This document shows positions 25,401-37,760 of a stretch of 64,000 nucleotides of DNA, piece by piece. A program made the position numbers and the translations under genes. The stretch covers positions 26,804,070 through 26,868,069 of the forward strand of contig NC_057746.1 of the NCBI RefSeq assembly GCF_004010195.1, in the 5' to 3' direction. The stretch is from Chiloscyllium plagiosum (lineage: Eukaryota). Under the pieces are notes generated by a model. That model was not told the DNA's origin. It saw only the letters and a list, made by a program, of their open reading frames with translations, and did not search any database. The first letter of the stretch is position 1. The number at the start of each line of letters is the position of its first letter.

Positions 25401-27133
25401 CTCGACTGCGACCAGAACAGGCCGTCAAAGGCGTTCTGAGAACTGAAACCGCATGAATCGCACTGGGCTGCAAGGGGGTGCACGCTGACTCTCCACTCAC
25501 GAACTTGATCACAAGTGGTGCAGCTCTCGGAACGTTCCGATTCTCTTATCTATTTGAAGCATATTGACTGGTTTGTTTTAAGTTTTTTTTATTTTACTAA
25601 CAATTAAATGAACCATACCGAATTGTATTTATATCGTGTCTTTATGTTAAGAAACCTCAAGGTCGGCTTCAAATTAGGCTCAGATTATTTGCCAAGAAAA
25701 TCGATCCGCAAATTGTGTAGCTCTGCAATTTGTCTCAGTGTCGGTGTGGACTGGGATGACACGAGAGACAGGAGCGTCACGGACCCGGATTTGATTCCAG
25801 TCCTACATGACTGTGTGGAGTTTGCAAGCACGTGCGCAGTTTCTCCCCGGCTCGGGTTTCCTCCCAGGTTCCAACATCGTGCAACTTAAGTGAATTTGCT
25901 GTGCTGAAATTGTCTGTAGTGTTCAGGGATGTGCAGGCTAGATGGATTAGCCATGGTAAATATCAGAGTCATACAGATGTACAGCACAAAAACAGACTCT
26001 CGATCCACGCCGACGAGATACTAAATTAATCTGATTCCATTTGCCAGCAATTGACTCATGCATCTTTAAACCTTCCCTGTTCATAAACCTATCCAGGTGC
26101 CTTTTAAATGTGTAAATTGCACTAGTCTCCACCATTCCCTCTGGCAGTTCATTCCAGACAGGTACCACCCTTGAGATCTCTTTCATATCTTTCTCTTCTC
26201 ACCTTAAACCTATGCTCTTTAGTTTTGGACAACACTCCGCTCCCCCCTCCCCCCATCCTAGGAAAAATAATCGCCTTATCCATGCTGCTCTTGATTTTAT
26301 AAACTTTTATAAGGTCACCCTTCAGCCTCGATGCTCCAGGGAAAATAGCCCGAGCCAGGGTATAGTGAAGGGCTAGATGTGGATGGGATGCTCTTCGGAG
26401 AATCGGCGCGGACTCGATGGGCTGAATAGCCTTCTCTCGTACTGTAGGAATTGAATGATTCTGTCCTGATTTCCTGAGCATTGATTGAACTAATAACTGG
26501 AAATGACGGCTATGGAACCGCGAAATCCGTGAAAGCAGAATGAATGGAGAAAACCCTGGAAGAAGACAGCCAAGTTTACGAATGGGGGGCACCGTCGGGG
26601 TTGGATTCTTCGTTAAAAGGAGTCGGGTGCGCGTTATAAAACTCGCACGATTTTCTATTAGACTTCCCGACGCTGGGGCACATTGCATTGCCCCATCACC
26701 TCTGGAGCAACCTGACCGCTCAGGATTTCAGGGAATTTGGAAATGACCAACTCCTTTCTCTTGTATAATCCTAATCCACGAGGGATTGGACGGTCACTGA
26801 GACAAATTACACAGGTATGCAATTAGCGAAGGGATTTTTTTGAGCAATTAATCTGAACCTATTTTGATCCTGCTCGGAAGATTTCTTATCTTAAAAACAC
26901 TATATAAATACAAATAAATTTGTTGGTTGCATCTTGTAGTACAGAATTAAAGATTTGCTTTATATGTTCGTGTACGTATAGGCTATACGTGTCTGCAAAA
27001 CTGCACATATTATCTGTGTGCGTGTATGGATATGCGTGTTAGTGGGATTCCCTTCAAATGCAAAAATGTCCATGATTGCGGATTACTCACTCGGGAACAT
27101 CAGCAAGAGCCAAATGAATCGATTCCATAACAT
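13203..27133 (-). CDS. NCR3: Gene B: NKp30/NCR3-like single V-set receptor, inhibitory type; join(27133..27091, 24423..24070, 20068..19931, 16117..16050, 13484..13203), 294 aa
   Basis: Five exons with canonical splice sites, phases 1,1,1,0, total 885 nt open to TAG. V C-terminus CQVKVLNCGLGTGEGTRVTV resembles NKp30 CRVEVLGLGVGTGNGTRLVV. Tail has TIYAKL and IVYATV. Symbol is family-level. Confidence 0.8.
13707..14306. mobile_element. Solo LTR (600 bp, TG...CA) with 4-bp TSD AGTA
   Basis: Starts TGTTA, ends TGTGACA; agta at 13703-13706 and 14307-14310. Confidence 0.7.
14800..15445 (-). mobile_element. CR1 LINE 3' fragment
   Basis: MLQLYKTLIRPYLEYCVQFWSPH. Confidence 0.85.
15800..16047 (-). 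mobile_element. 5'-truncated HE1/V-SINE-type SINE
   Basis: ttagattcctacagtgtgg...gtgcaaactcca is shared with the other SINE copies. Confidence 0.8.
16050..16117 (-). CDS. Gene B cytoplasmic exon 1 (YNGTREQVANELCITEASRLKNL)
   Basis: ttttacag| acceptor, CTG|gtatgt donor, 68 nt. It supplies the phase 1 to phase 0 bridge needed between the TM exon and the last exon, without stops. Confidence 0.7.
16480..18000 (+). mobile_element. CR1 LINE RT-3' fragment, degenerate
   Basis: DKSPGPD, ADDIKIGGVVDSEEG, KLERIQKRFTKILP; frameshifted. Confidence 0.85.
18830..19150 (+). mobile_element. tRNA-derived V-SINE
   Basis: A-box tggcacagtgg, core tgcgtggagtttgcac, CR1-like tail. Confidence 0.8.
19931..20068 (-). 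CDS. Gene B stalk/TM exon (AHIDSEETPSPYQWNTNLLIFSVVVLVPVALIIIKMFSTRHSSRPP)
   Basis: ccctatttgcag| acceptor, T|gtaagt donor, 138 nt phase 1-1; uncharged hydrophobic core followed by basic residues. Confidence 0.85.
21220..23965 (-). mobile_element. CR1 LINE (ORF1 SGNH remnant, endonuclease, RT), degenerate
   Basis: VVVHIGTNDIG, YFNARSI, NYRPVSLTSVV motifs in the ORF track. Confidence 0.85.
24070..24423 (-). CDS. Gene B V-domain exon (6 Cys)
   Basis: Acceptor tgtctttacag|, donor G|gtaaat, 354 nt; LHC...W...DTGTYYC...GEGTRVTV. Confidence 0.92.
24584..24593 (-). promoter_or_regulatory. EICE (Ets-IRF composite, GGAAGTGAAA) in the gene B leader-V intron
   Basis: Exact GGAAnnGAAA match 160 bp before the V exon acceptor. 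Confidence 0.3.
25745..26460 (+). mobile_element. V-SINE interrupted by a minus-strand CR1 3' end (~25965-26355)
   Basis: SINE head/core and SINE tail are separated by CR1 3' sequence. Confidence 0.7.
27091..27133 (-). CDS. Gene B leader exon MLWNRFIWLLLMFP
   Basis: actATG context; 43 nt, the same length as the gene A leader; A|gtgagt phase 1; A+GA gives Arg into the V exon. Confidence 0.75.
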
Positions 27134-27461
27134 AGTCCCTCGGCTACCTATTAATAACAAAAGAGTTTATTTTAAGAACATTTTAGCAGATATCCATTCT
27201 ACATCGTCAAAAAAATATTAGTGACGTACCTAACTATTATCTTTTATTATCTTTATCTTACTACAATCGGGGAGAAAGAAACATAAAATATAAGAATCCT
27301 ACATAAACTTAAAAATCACACAACACCAGGTTATAGTCCAACAGGTTTAATTGGAAGCACTAGCTTTTGGAGCGCTGCTCCTGCTTCTAATTCACATGTT
27401 AGTAGAAAACACGGCAAAAAATGCGTACACAGCAAGCTCCCGCAAAAAGCGCTAATATTTG

Positions 27462-27740
27462 ATTAGATTCCCTACAGTGTGGAAACAGGCCCTTCGGCCC
27501 AACGACTCACACCGACCCTCTGAAGAGTAAACCACCAAGACCAGTTTCTCTGAGTCATGCACCTAGCACTATGGCAACTTAACATGGCCAATTCACCTGA
27601 AATGCACATCTTTGGGCTGTGGGAGGAAACCCACGCAGACACGGGGAGAAGGTGCAAACTCCACACAGTCAGTCACCCGAGGCTGGAATAGAACTCTGGA
27701 GCTGTGAGGCAGCAGTAGTAACCACTGATCCACCGTGCCG
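27462..27740 (-). mobile_element. V-SINE
   Basis: Same family; ttagattccctacagtgtgg tail. Confidence 0.85.
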
Positions 27741-28348
27741 CCTTTTTCTTTTCCTGCTGCTTAAGGGAGAATTATTTCCCCAGGACACTGAGGGCTCTCA
27801 ATTCGCTCTCCATCTTAATTGGCCACGCACACCTGAGAAGGCGGAAAAAGTCCCTACTGGACATGAATCTGAATGAAGGCACCTCTGACAGCGCAAAACC
27901 CCTTACCACCTACATTTTACTGTCAGTGTGAATATTAGAGATGAAGCTTTGGATCGATACTTGGACCTTCAACCTTCCAACTCAAAGGTTTGTGTGTGTG
28001 TGTGTGCGTATGCAACTAAGTGAGACACGGCTGACAGAGCCGTAGAATCTTAGAAATTTTCCAGCATGAGAAAGGTTTTCGGCCCATTGTGTCCGCTCGT
28101 TAAAATTCAAGCAGTTAGTATTTCAAATTACCATAATAATAATCATTTTTAGCTTAGGTATAATAGGGCATTCCTGCATTAGATCTATCAAACGAAAGAA
28201 ACTCGCCGCTCGGTCGAAATGACTGCTACATTGCTCACAGATCGAATGAAACAATACCTTCCGATGACAATTGCAGCACCGTAACTTCAGTTGATCTCAA
28301 AGGTAGAATATTGATCACTCATTGATATAATTGTGACAGGCTTCTTTC

Positions 28349-28400
28349 GACGTCATTTCCGGTTACAGTTTTTGCCCTGTTTCGGAAATGCGCCTGCGCC
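28349..28400. promoter_or_regulatory. CpG-rich promoter-like module: ETS-CRE composite (CCGGAAATGACGTC, minus, 28349-28362), a second ETS and an NRF1-like TGCGCCTGCGC
   Basis: Clustered motifs with retained CpGs, about 1.2 kb upstream of the gene B ATG. Confidence 0.5.
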
Positions 28401-29989
28401 GTCTTGCACAAGTTCGCGATGTATCAGACAGTTTAATGAATGAATCCAAGCGTCGGGATGCCAACACAAATTAATAGCCTGTGTGATCGTGGTCATCGTT
28501 TAGATCACGTGTTGTTATTGAAATTTGCTCCTGATCATTTCTGACAATTTAAGAATATCTATATGTCCCTATTTATTTTTGAGATGTAAGCAACATTTAG
28601 ATTTCTGAGACATATATAATGTTCTAGTGCGTTACACACATCTTGTACTTGCTGCCTACATTTATTTAATATTATCACTTGTTCATTTATTCTTTCACCT
28701 TAAAATTATGTCCCCATGTCTTGAACTCCCCGACCCTATGGGAAATGACACCTGCCATTCACATTATCTGTACTCCTCTTGATTTTATAAACCTCGTTAA
28801 CATCAGCCTTCTATGCTCCATGGACCTGGCAATGTGCTCTTTTACTGCCGCCACAGCGCCATCGCTTCCGCGTCTACCATCCCCCAGCTGGAGACGGTCA
28901 AGCTGCGCGGATTCCGCACCTCCTCCGACAGTAGACGTCGACTGACAGGTCCTGGCTCCGAATGAACAGACGGGATCCTGTCGCCACCCAAGATGGAGCG
29001 GGGATGGAGATACCTGTGACCCCAGCCTCCGGCAAGAGGGCGTCAGGAACCGGTCCCAGGGTAACCAAAGCAAAATAAAAACGTTACGGAATTGGAAAGA
29101 CGGCAATGAAGCCGTGTGGACGCGGCAGAACCTGAGCCATGTTCAGGAGTCAAACGCTGCGACCCGCCGTTACCACTATCTTAGAAGCAATTCATTAATC
29201 CTCTTCAGCAGCACAACACCAGTATCCTTTTTTTGTAAGTCAAGACTATCCAGAAAATTCGGACATTAAAAATTCTGTGTATCTGTCACTTCAAGTCTCT
29301 TTGAACCTTCAATGTTTAATTCCTTCTATAAGAGAAAATGATTTATCATTTTTAGATCCAGATTGATGACTTCACATTGAATTGAAATTGAGCATTGCCC
29401 ATTCAACTATCTGTTATGATCCCTTTATAACTTCATAACCCCAGCAAAATCCATTACAATGTTTCTAGCAAACATTTGTACCATTGACAATTATTGGATA
29501 CATGGCTTTCAATCCCATCGTCCAAGTTATTGATTAATGTAGTCAATGGTTGGAACTTAACATATTCCCTATCTCATTAATCTGAAGCTACTATCATCAT
29601 TGCTTCAGATAAATTACAGCATGCTTAAAGCCAACAATGGTACAAAGCCTGATGGGGAAAGTATGCAATATACCATCTATACTTGTTGCTCTGTTCAACG
29701 GAAGACTAAGTACCTCAGTTCTCCTTCCTTCTTATTGTTTCTGGGCTCCCCTGTGGAAACTACCATTTTTCCAATTGCCCTACAAATTGGCACCTTGTCC
29801 TTGTTTGGTTAGTTCAGAGGAGAAAATAACCAAGCAAGATCATTGGAAGAAATGCGCTTGATGACTTTGATAGATCATTTCTTCGTCCAAGTACTCAAAT
29901 TCTCGAGCATAATTTGTTACTAACCATTTCCTGTGCCTCCTACATGTCTCCCATCTTTTATTCCAGTAACCCACAAGTCTGGAAGTCAA

Positions 29990-32900
29990 TTCATATTCGG
30001 GACCAAGAGACTATGGCAAGGACTGAATGACATGACAGGTTCTAAAAAGAGACAGTGCAAGATAGTAGACGACACACATCCCTCCCAGATCGTCTCAATA
30101 ACTTCTCTGCTCGCTTTGAATAGAATTTCGGTGGAGAGATAACAGCTATTCTGACAAGTCCTGATGAACCTATCCCAAAAGTCACTGCATCAGAGGTCAG
30201 ATCAGTTTTCCTTTGTGTGAATCCAAGGAAAGTGATGGGATCAGATGGAGTACCAGGCCATGCACTCAGAGCATGTGCAGATCAACTGGCAGAGGTATTC
30301 TCAGACATCTTCAACTTCTCCCTGCAGCAGGCCACCGTTCCTGCCTGTTTCAAGAGGGACAACATCATCACTGTGCCTAAGAAGGCTCATGTAACATGCC
30401 TCAATGACTACTGTCCAGTAGTCATAATTTCGGTGGTCATGAAGTGCTTTGAAAGGCTGGTCATGGCATTAATTAACTCCAGCCTTCCCACTACTCTTGA
30501 CCCACTCCAATTTGCTTATCGGACCAACATACCCACATCAGATGCCATTTCACTTGCCTTTCACTCCTCCCTAGAAAATCTTGACACCAAGAACAGCTAC
30601 GTAAGAATCCGACTAATTGACTACAGTTCAGCCTTCAACACTATTATCCCCTCAAGACTGATTACTAAACTTAGTGATTTCGGGCTAAGCCCACTCTCTG
30701 CAACTGGATCCTCAGTTTCCTGACCCACAGGCCTCAATCAGTGCATATTGGGGACAATATTTCATCCTCACTAACATTCAACACTGAAGCCCCTCCCCAG
30801 GGGTCCATACTCACTGTACTCTCTGTGTACCCAAATACCAAACGAATGTCATTTACAAGTTCGCTGATGACACCACCATAGTCGTTCGAATCTCAAATGA
30901 TGATGAAACAGACAACAGACGGGAGGTGGAAGACATGGAAAAATGAGAAAAACAAAGAACATGGAACATTACAGCGCAGTACAGGCCCTTCGGCCCTCGA
31001 TGTTGCGTCGATCTGTCATACCAATCTGAAGCCCATCTAACCTACACTATTCCATGTACGTTCATATGCCTGTCCAATGACGACTTAAATGCACTTAAAC
31101 TTGGCGAATCTACTACCGTTGCAGGCAAAGCATTCCATTCCCTTACTACTCTCTGAGTAAAGAAACTACCTCTGACATCTGTCCTATAGCTATCACCCCT
31201 CAATTTAAACCTAAACTCCCTCGTGCTCGCCGTCACCATATTTGGAAAAGACTCTCACTGTCCACCCTATCTAACCCTCTGATTATCTTATATGTCTCTG
31301 TTAAGTCACCTCTCAACCTTCTTCTCTCCAACGAAAACAACCTAAAGTCCCTCAGCCTTTCCTCGTAAGACCTTCCCTCCATACCAGGCAACATCCTAGT
31401 AAATCTCCTTTGCACTCTTTCCAAAGCTTCCACATCCTTCTTATAATGTGGTGACCATAACTGCACGCAATACTCCAAGAGCAGCCGCACCAGAGTTTTG
31501 TACAGCTGTAGCATAACCTCATGGTTCCGGAACTCAATCCCTCTATTAATAAAAGCTAAAACACTGTATGCCTTCTTAACAATCCTGTCAACCTGGGTGG
31601 CAACTTTCAAGGATCTATGTACCTGGACACCGAGATCTCTCTGCTCATCTACACTACCAAGAATCTTACCATTAGCCCAGTACTTTGCATTCCGGTTACT
31701 CCGACCAAAGTGAATCACCTCACACTTGTCCGCATTACACTCCATTTGCCACCTCTCAGCGCAGCTCTGCATCTTATCTATGTCTCGCTGTAACCTACAA
31801 CATCCTTCATCACTATCCACAACTCAACACACCTTAGTGTCATCTGCAAATTTACCACCCTTCTACGCCCTCATCCAGATGGTTTATAAAAATGACGAAC
31901 AGCAGTAGACCCAACACCGACCCTTGCGGTACACCACTGGTAACTGGACTCCAAGATTAACATTTCCCATCAATCACCACCCTCTGTCTTCTTTCAGCAA
32001 GTCAATTACTGATCCAAACTGCTATATCTCCCACAATCCCATTCCTCCACATTTTGTACATTAGCCTACTGTGGGGAACCTTATCGAATGCCTTGCTGAA
32101 ATCCATATACACCACATCAACCCGTTTACTCTCATCTATCTGTTTGGTCACCTTCTCAAAGAACTCAATAAGGTTTGTGAGGCACGACCTACCCTTCACA
32201 AAACCGTGCTGACTATCCCTAATCTCGAAGATTATAAATCCTATCCCTTATAACCTTTTCCAACACTTTACCAACAACTGAAGTATAGTTGACAGAGTTG
32301 TCTCTACTCACCTTCTTGAAAAGGGGAACCACATTTGTTATCCTCCAGTCTTCTGGCACTATTCCTGTAGACAATGACGATTTAAAGATCAATGCCAAAG
32401 GCTCGGCAATCTCCTCCCTGGCTTCCCAGAGGATCCTAGGATAAATCCCATTCGGCCCAGGGGACTTACCTTCACACTCTGTAGGGTTTCTAATACCTCT
32501 TCCTTGTGAATCTCAATCCCACCTAGTCTAGTAGCCTGTATCTCAGTATTCTCCTCGACAACATTGTCGTTTTCTAGAGTGAATACTGTCGAAAAATATA
32601 CATTTAGTACTTCCCCTATCTCCTCTGACTCCACACACAACTTCCCACTACTATCCTTGATTTGCCCTAATCTTACTTTTGTCATTCTTTTATTCCTTAA
32701 ATACCTATAAAAAGCCTTAGGGTTTACCCTGATCTTATCTGCCAACAACTTCTCATGTCTCCTCCTGGCTCTTCTGAGCTCTCTCTTTAGGTCTTTCCTG
32801 GCGACCTTGTAACCCTCAAGCGCCCTAACTGAGCCTTCACATCTCATCCTAACATAAGCCTTCTTCTTCCTCTTGACCAAGAGATTCCACTCCCTTCGTA

Positions 32901-35345
32901 AACCACGGCTCCTGTGCTCTACAGCTTCCTCCCTGCCTGACAGGTACATACTTACCTAGGACACTCAGGAGCTTTTCTTTGAATAAGCTCCACATTTCTA
33001 ATGTGCCCATCCCCTGCAGTTTCCTTCCCCATCCAATGCTTCCTAAATCTTGCCTAATCACATCGTAATTGCCTTTCCCCCAGCTGTAACTCTTGCCCAG
33101 TGGTATACACCTATCTCTTTCTATCACTAAAGTAAACATAACAGAATTATGATCGCTATCACCAAAGTGCTCACCTATTTCCAAGTCTAACACCTGGCCG
33201 GGCTCATTACCCAGTACCAAATCTAATGTGGCTTCGCCCCTTGTTGGCCTATCTACATACTGTGTCAACAAGCCCTCCTGCACACATTGGACAAAAACTG
33301 ACCCATCTATAGTACTCGTACTATAGTGTTCCCAGGCAGTATTTGGAAAGTTGAAGTCCGACATGACAACTACTCTGTCTCTCTCACTCCTATCGAGAAT
33401 CATCTTTGCTATCCTATCCTCTACATCTCTGGAACTACTCGGAGGCCTATAGAAAACTCCCAACAGGGTGACCTCTCCTTTCCTGCTTCTAACTTCAGCC
33501 CATACTACCTCAGTTGAAGAGTCCCCAAATATCCTTTCTGCAACTGTAATACTGTCCTTGACCAACAATGCCACACTTCCCCCTCTTTTACCATCTTCTC
33601 TGTTCCTAATGAAACATCTAACGGGCAGCAAACCAGAGACAACAACTCTGCTTGTCCGAGCTCTAAGCTTCCATCCTAGTTCCCTGAATTTCTGCCTTTA
33701 ATCCTCAACTCTCTTCCTACCTATGTCGTTGGTACCTATGTGGACCATGACTTGGAGCTGCTTCCCCTCCCCCTGAAGGATCCCAAAAACACGATCAGAG
33801 ACATCACGAACCCTGGCACCTGGGAGGCAACACACCAACCGTGAGTCTCTCTCGTCCCCACAGAACCTCCTATCTGTCCCCTTAACTATGGAGTCCCCAA
33901 TGACTACTACTCTGCTCCTCTTCCCCTTTCCCTTCTGAGCAGCATGGACAGACTCTGTGCCAGAGCCCTGTGTCCCATTGCTTTCCCCTGGTAAGTCCCC
34001 TCCCCAACAGTATCCAAAACGGTATACTTATTGTTGAGGGGAATGGCCACAGGGGATCCCTGCACTGCTTGTCGGTTCCCTTTCCGTCCCCTGACTGTAA
34101 CTCATCTGCCTTTTTCTTGTACCTGAGGAGTGACTACTTCCCTGTAACTCTTCTGAATAATCCCCTCTGCCTCCTGAATGATCCGAAGTTCATCCAGCTC
34201 CTGCTCCAGTTCCCTAATGCGGTTTTCGAGGAGTTGGAGTTGGGTGCACTTCCCGCAGATGTAGTCAGCAGGGACACTAGTGGTGACCCTTACCTCCCAT
34301 ATTCTGCAGGAGGAACATTCAACTGCCCTAACCTCCATTCCCACTAATCTAAATGCCCAAAGAGACTGTTGAAAAATAAGGAATAAAAAATAAACTCATT
34401 ACCTTATCAATCTGGCGCACACAACCTTTTTTTTGGTTAGAGGAGGAGGATGGGTAGGAGACACTACCCGAGTAGTGTTTCGGGTAACACAACCACACAA
34501 ATATATGATTTTCCAGAAATCCTTTGCTTCTCCATCGCACATCTCAGCAAATGGAGGCCCGACTCCCCAAGGTAAGTCCCTTTTAACACGGGAAAACTCA
34601 CACTTCCCGGCAGCCCTAGCTCTCAATGCCGGCAAAACCAAGGAACTCATTATTGACTCTCAGCGGGATGTACTCATGCCACCCTACACATTAATAGCAC
34701 AGAGGTGAAATGAGTACAGAGTGTCAAGCTCCTGGGAGTGGTCATCCACAACAAGCTTTCTTGGACTCTTCATGTGAATGCACTGGTTACAAAGGCCCAA
34801 TAATGTCTCTTCTTCCTTGGGCAGCTGAGGAAACTTGGCATGATGGCGAATACCCTTGCTAACTTTTATAGATGCGCCATTGAGAACATTCTGTCTGGGT
34901 GTATCACTACCTGGTATGGCAACTGTGCCATTCAAGATCGGAGATGGTTGCAGAGAGTGGTGAACTCGGCCCGGAAAATCACAAAGGCCAACCTCCCATC
35001 TATAGAATCCATCTACCAGGCCACCAGGTCAAGGAAAGGCCACCAACATTCTCAAAGATCCATCCCACCCTGGCAATGCTTAGCTACAACCTCTACCATC
35101 GGGAAGAAGGTACAGAAGGCTGAACACAAGCAACAACCGGTTTAGAAACAGTTTCTACCCTCCTGTTGTTAGAATACTGAATGGACTCACAAACTCTTAA
35201 CATTCACCTGTACTTGTCCTTTTGTTTTTGCCACTGTTTATCTACTATTTGCATATCTATGTTACTTAACTCTATGATCTGCCTGTATTGCTCGCAAAAT
35301 AAAGGATTTCACTGTGCCTTGGTACACGTGACAATAAATTCAATT
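29990..35345 (+). mobile_element. Rex1/Babar-type LINE RT, split by a CR1 insertion (parts ~29990-30953 and ~34616-35345)
   Basis: KVMGSDGVPGHALRACADQLAEVF..DYSSAFNTI..FADD..EVEDMEK continues as LALNAGKTKELIID on the far side of the CR1. Confidence 0.85.
30954..34615 (-). mobile_element. Near-full-length CR1 LINE (ORF1 CxxC..CxxC zinc finger/coiled coil + SGNH; ORF2 APE endonuclease + RT), disrupted
   Basis: ECSSCRIW..ICGKC, HIGTNDIG, GVFYRPP, DFNFP, SDHN, DFSKAFDKVPH, LEYCVQLWSP; atgttct-type tail. Confidence 0.92.
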
Positions 35346-35369
35346 TAATTGAATCACCTTTATCACAAT

Positions 35370-35404
35370 CACCTGATGAAGGAGCGTCGCTCCGAAAGCT
35401 AGTG
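35370..35404 (+). ncRNA. Minimal hammerhead ribozyme motif (Penelope-type), intact core
   Basis: CAC-CTGATGA-A-GGAGC gtc GCTCC-GAAAGCTA-GTG: stem I CAC/GTG, 5-bp stem II, palindromic AGCU helix III, CUA cleavage triplet. Confidence 0.7.
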
Positions 35405-36949
35405 CGCTTCCAACTAAACCTGTTGGACTATAACCTGTGTTGTGTGATTTGTAACTTAATTTAATTCAATATTCAAAACACGAACAATGTCCTCCTCTTG
35501 CTAAATGCAAGAGTGAGCAATTGTAACAGGAAATCGACGGTGTAGAGAAAAATGGTCTGTGATGCTTGCCATAGTGCCCATTAATAGAATGTCAATTACA
35601 GTGAATATTAGAAATCAAGTTTGCGAAATAATATTTCTACTTTTAGATGATCAACAATTAATTCCTTGTAAACTTTTGTTAACTCAGTGAAACGTCCAAG
35701 CTGGAGCAGGAAGCTTCAGACTGAGCTCGTCCACTCTGTCCATTTTCTTTTCTTACCTTCTCATCATTTTCTTCTATGTTGTGTTCCCACCCCCCACTTT
35801 CTCCTCTTTTCTTTCCTCTCCAGACCCAGCGGGGAGATCCCCCGTCCTACCGTAGTGGCATCTCAGTCCGGCATGACGGTCTTTTTGCCCGGCAAGTTGG
35901 TCTCGCAGTTGGCGTGGCCTCAGCGTGGACTTCTGGTCTTGAGGTGATTCCGAAGGGTGGTCCCATGCTGGCTAAGCACTGAAGAAAGACTGCGATATTT
36001 GAACTTCCAGCTTTAATTCCTTATTTAACTTAAAACTAAGAAGGTCTGCACTGTGTAACTTTAACCTTACTTCATATGTTTTACTATAATGACTGCAATA
36101 TTAAACTTTTAACGTTGTTCTTTCTTTCTACCTTGCTCTTAAGGTCTGTACCTAGGTACTTGTACGTTAGATATCGTCTTGTACACTTTTCACTGTACTC
36201 CTGTACTTTTGTACTTGAGCACGCATGACAACAAAATTAAAAATCTTCTGCATTCTACTGGAGGCTGTTATACATTCGAAATAAACAAGTCCATGACCAG
36301 CTCCACATCATGAGTTATGCTGTAAGTAACGTCAGCATTTCCTATGAGTTTTCTCATGGCTGAAGATTCTGATGCAGGATTAGCCATCTTCTGGGCACAG
36401 CAGGTAAAGGATCTTGGTGCAAAGTCACAATAGGGTTGGTCTTCTTTTGGATATACGTCAGGCAGTGAGATTGACCTGAGGGTCACCATGCCCCAGGCGA
36501 GGAATAAGGTTGAGAAGGTTGAACGCTCATGGTAACTCAGCCGGTGCTGGAATTAAACTCACTCTGTTGGCGTCTCTCTCTCTCTCTCTGGTATTGCAAA
36601 TCAGCCATTCAACCAACTGAGCACATTGAAGTTTATGAAACGCTTACAGGGTGTTACAGGGCAAACATTGGCTATTTCCTCTGGCTTCTGATTCTATAAT
36701 CAGGGCATGCAGTCTCATAAAGAAAATAGTCAGACTGAGATAAAGAAGGATCTCTTTATTTAGAGGATGGTGACTGTTTGGAATTTTCTACCCCAAAGTG
36801 ACATGGAAGCTCAATCATTCAGCAGGTTCTGGATGCAAATCAATCGATTTCTGGAGACTAATGTTATTATTAGATAGGGAGATATTGTTGGAAAGTGGCA
36901 TTGAAGTAGATGCTAAGCCATGATGTAATTGAATAATAGATCAGGCTCG

Positions 36950-37760
36950 ATGGGTTAAATAATCACCAGGGTGAAGTGTTAAGCAATGACCTTTACTCCA
37001 TTGTATCGTTAGAAGTGGAAACAATTGCAAATGATTGTACAGTGTTCTGCACCAATTGCAACTCCTCAGGTACCAAAGATATTCATGCCTAAATGCAGCA
37101 GGACCTGGACAATATCCAGGTTTGGACTGATTATTGGTGAATAATATTTGCCTCGTGAGTGACAGACAATGTCTCCCCAACACGAAAGAATCTAACCATT
37201 GCACAGTGACATTCAATAGCAGTACCATCTCTGAATCTCCGAATATTAACATCCTGGTGTTGCCATTGACTTGATACTGAATCGGATTCCCATATGAACA
37301 TGATGGTTGCAAGAGCAGGTCAGAGGCTAGGAGTCTTGCAACGAGTAATTCATCGACAGACTCCTTAAGGCTTATCTATCTTCGACAAGACACAAAATTG
37401 ACATGTATTGGGATCCAACTTGCCTGGATGAGTCCAGCACCGCCAACACTCAAGAGGGTTGATACCATGAGGAAAAACAAATCAGCCCCCTTGATTGGTG
37501 CCTCGTCGACAAACATTTATTCCCTCCCCATTAGCTCTCAATAACAACTGTATATGACATCTACAACATGAACTGCAGAAATTACTAATCTCCTTAGAGA
37601 GCACCTTCCCAACACATGACCACTACCATCTACAAGTAAAGGGCAACAGGTACGTGGGAACACCACCAACTGAAAGTTTCCCTCCAAACCACACACCATC
37701 CTGAATTGGAAATATATCACAGTCCCTTCAGTGTTGCTGAGTCAAAATCCTAGATCTCTT
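36950..37760 (+). mobile_element. Degenerate LINE (L2/CR1 group) RT-3' fragment
   Basis: ADD-like region, QDLDNIQ..W, typical 3' UTR; no long ORF. Confidence 0.55.

Noticed and set aside
30217-34344. RT, endonuclease and zinc-finger ORFs as host genes
   Set aside because: Frameshifted Rex1 and CR1 retrotransposon fragments
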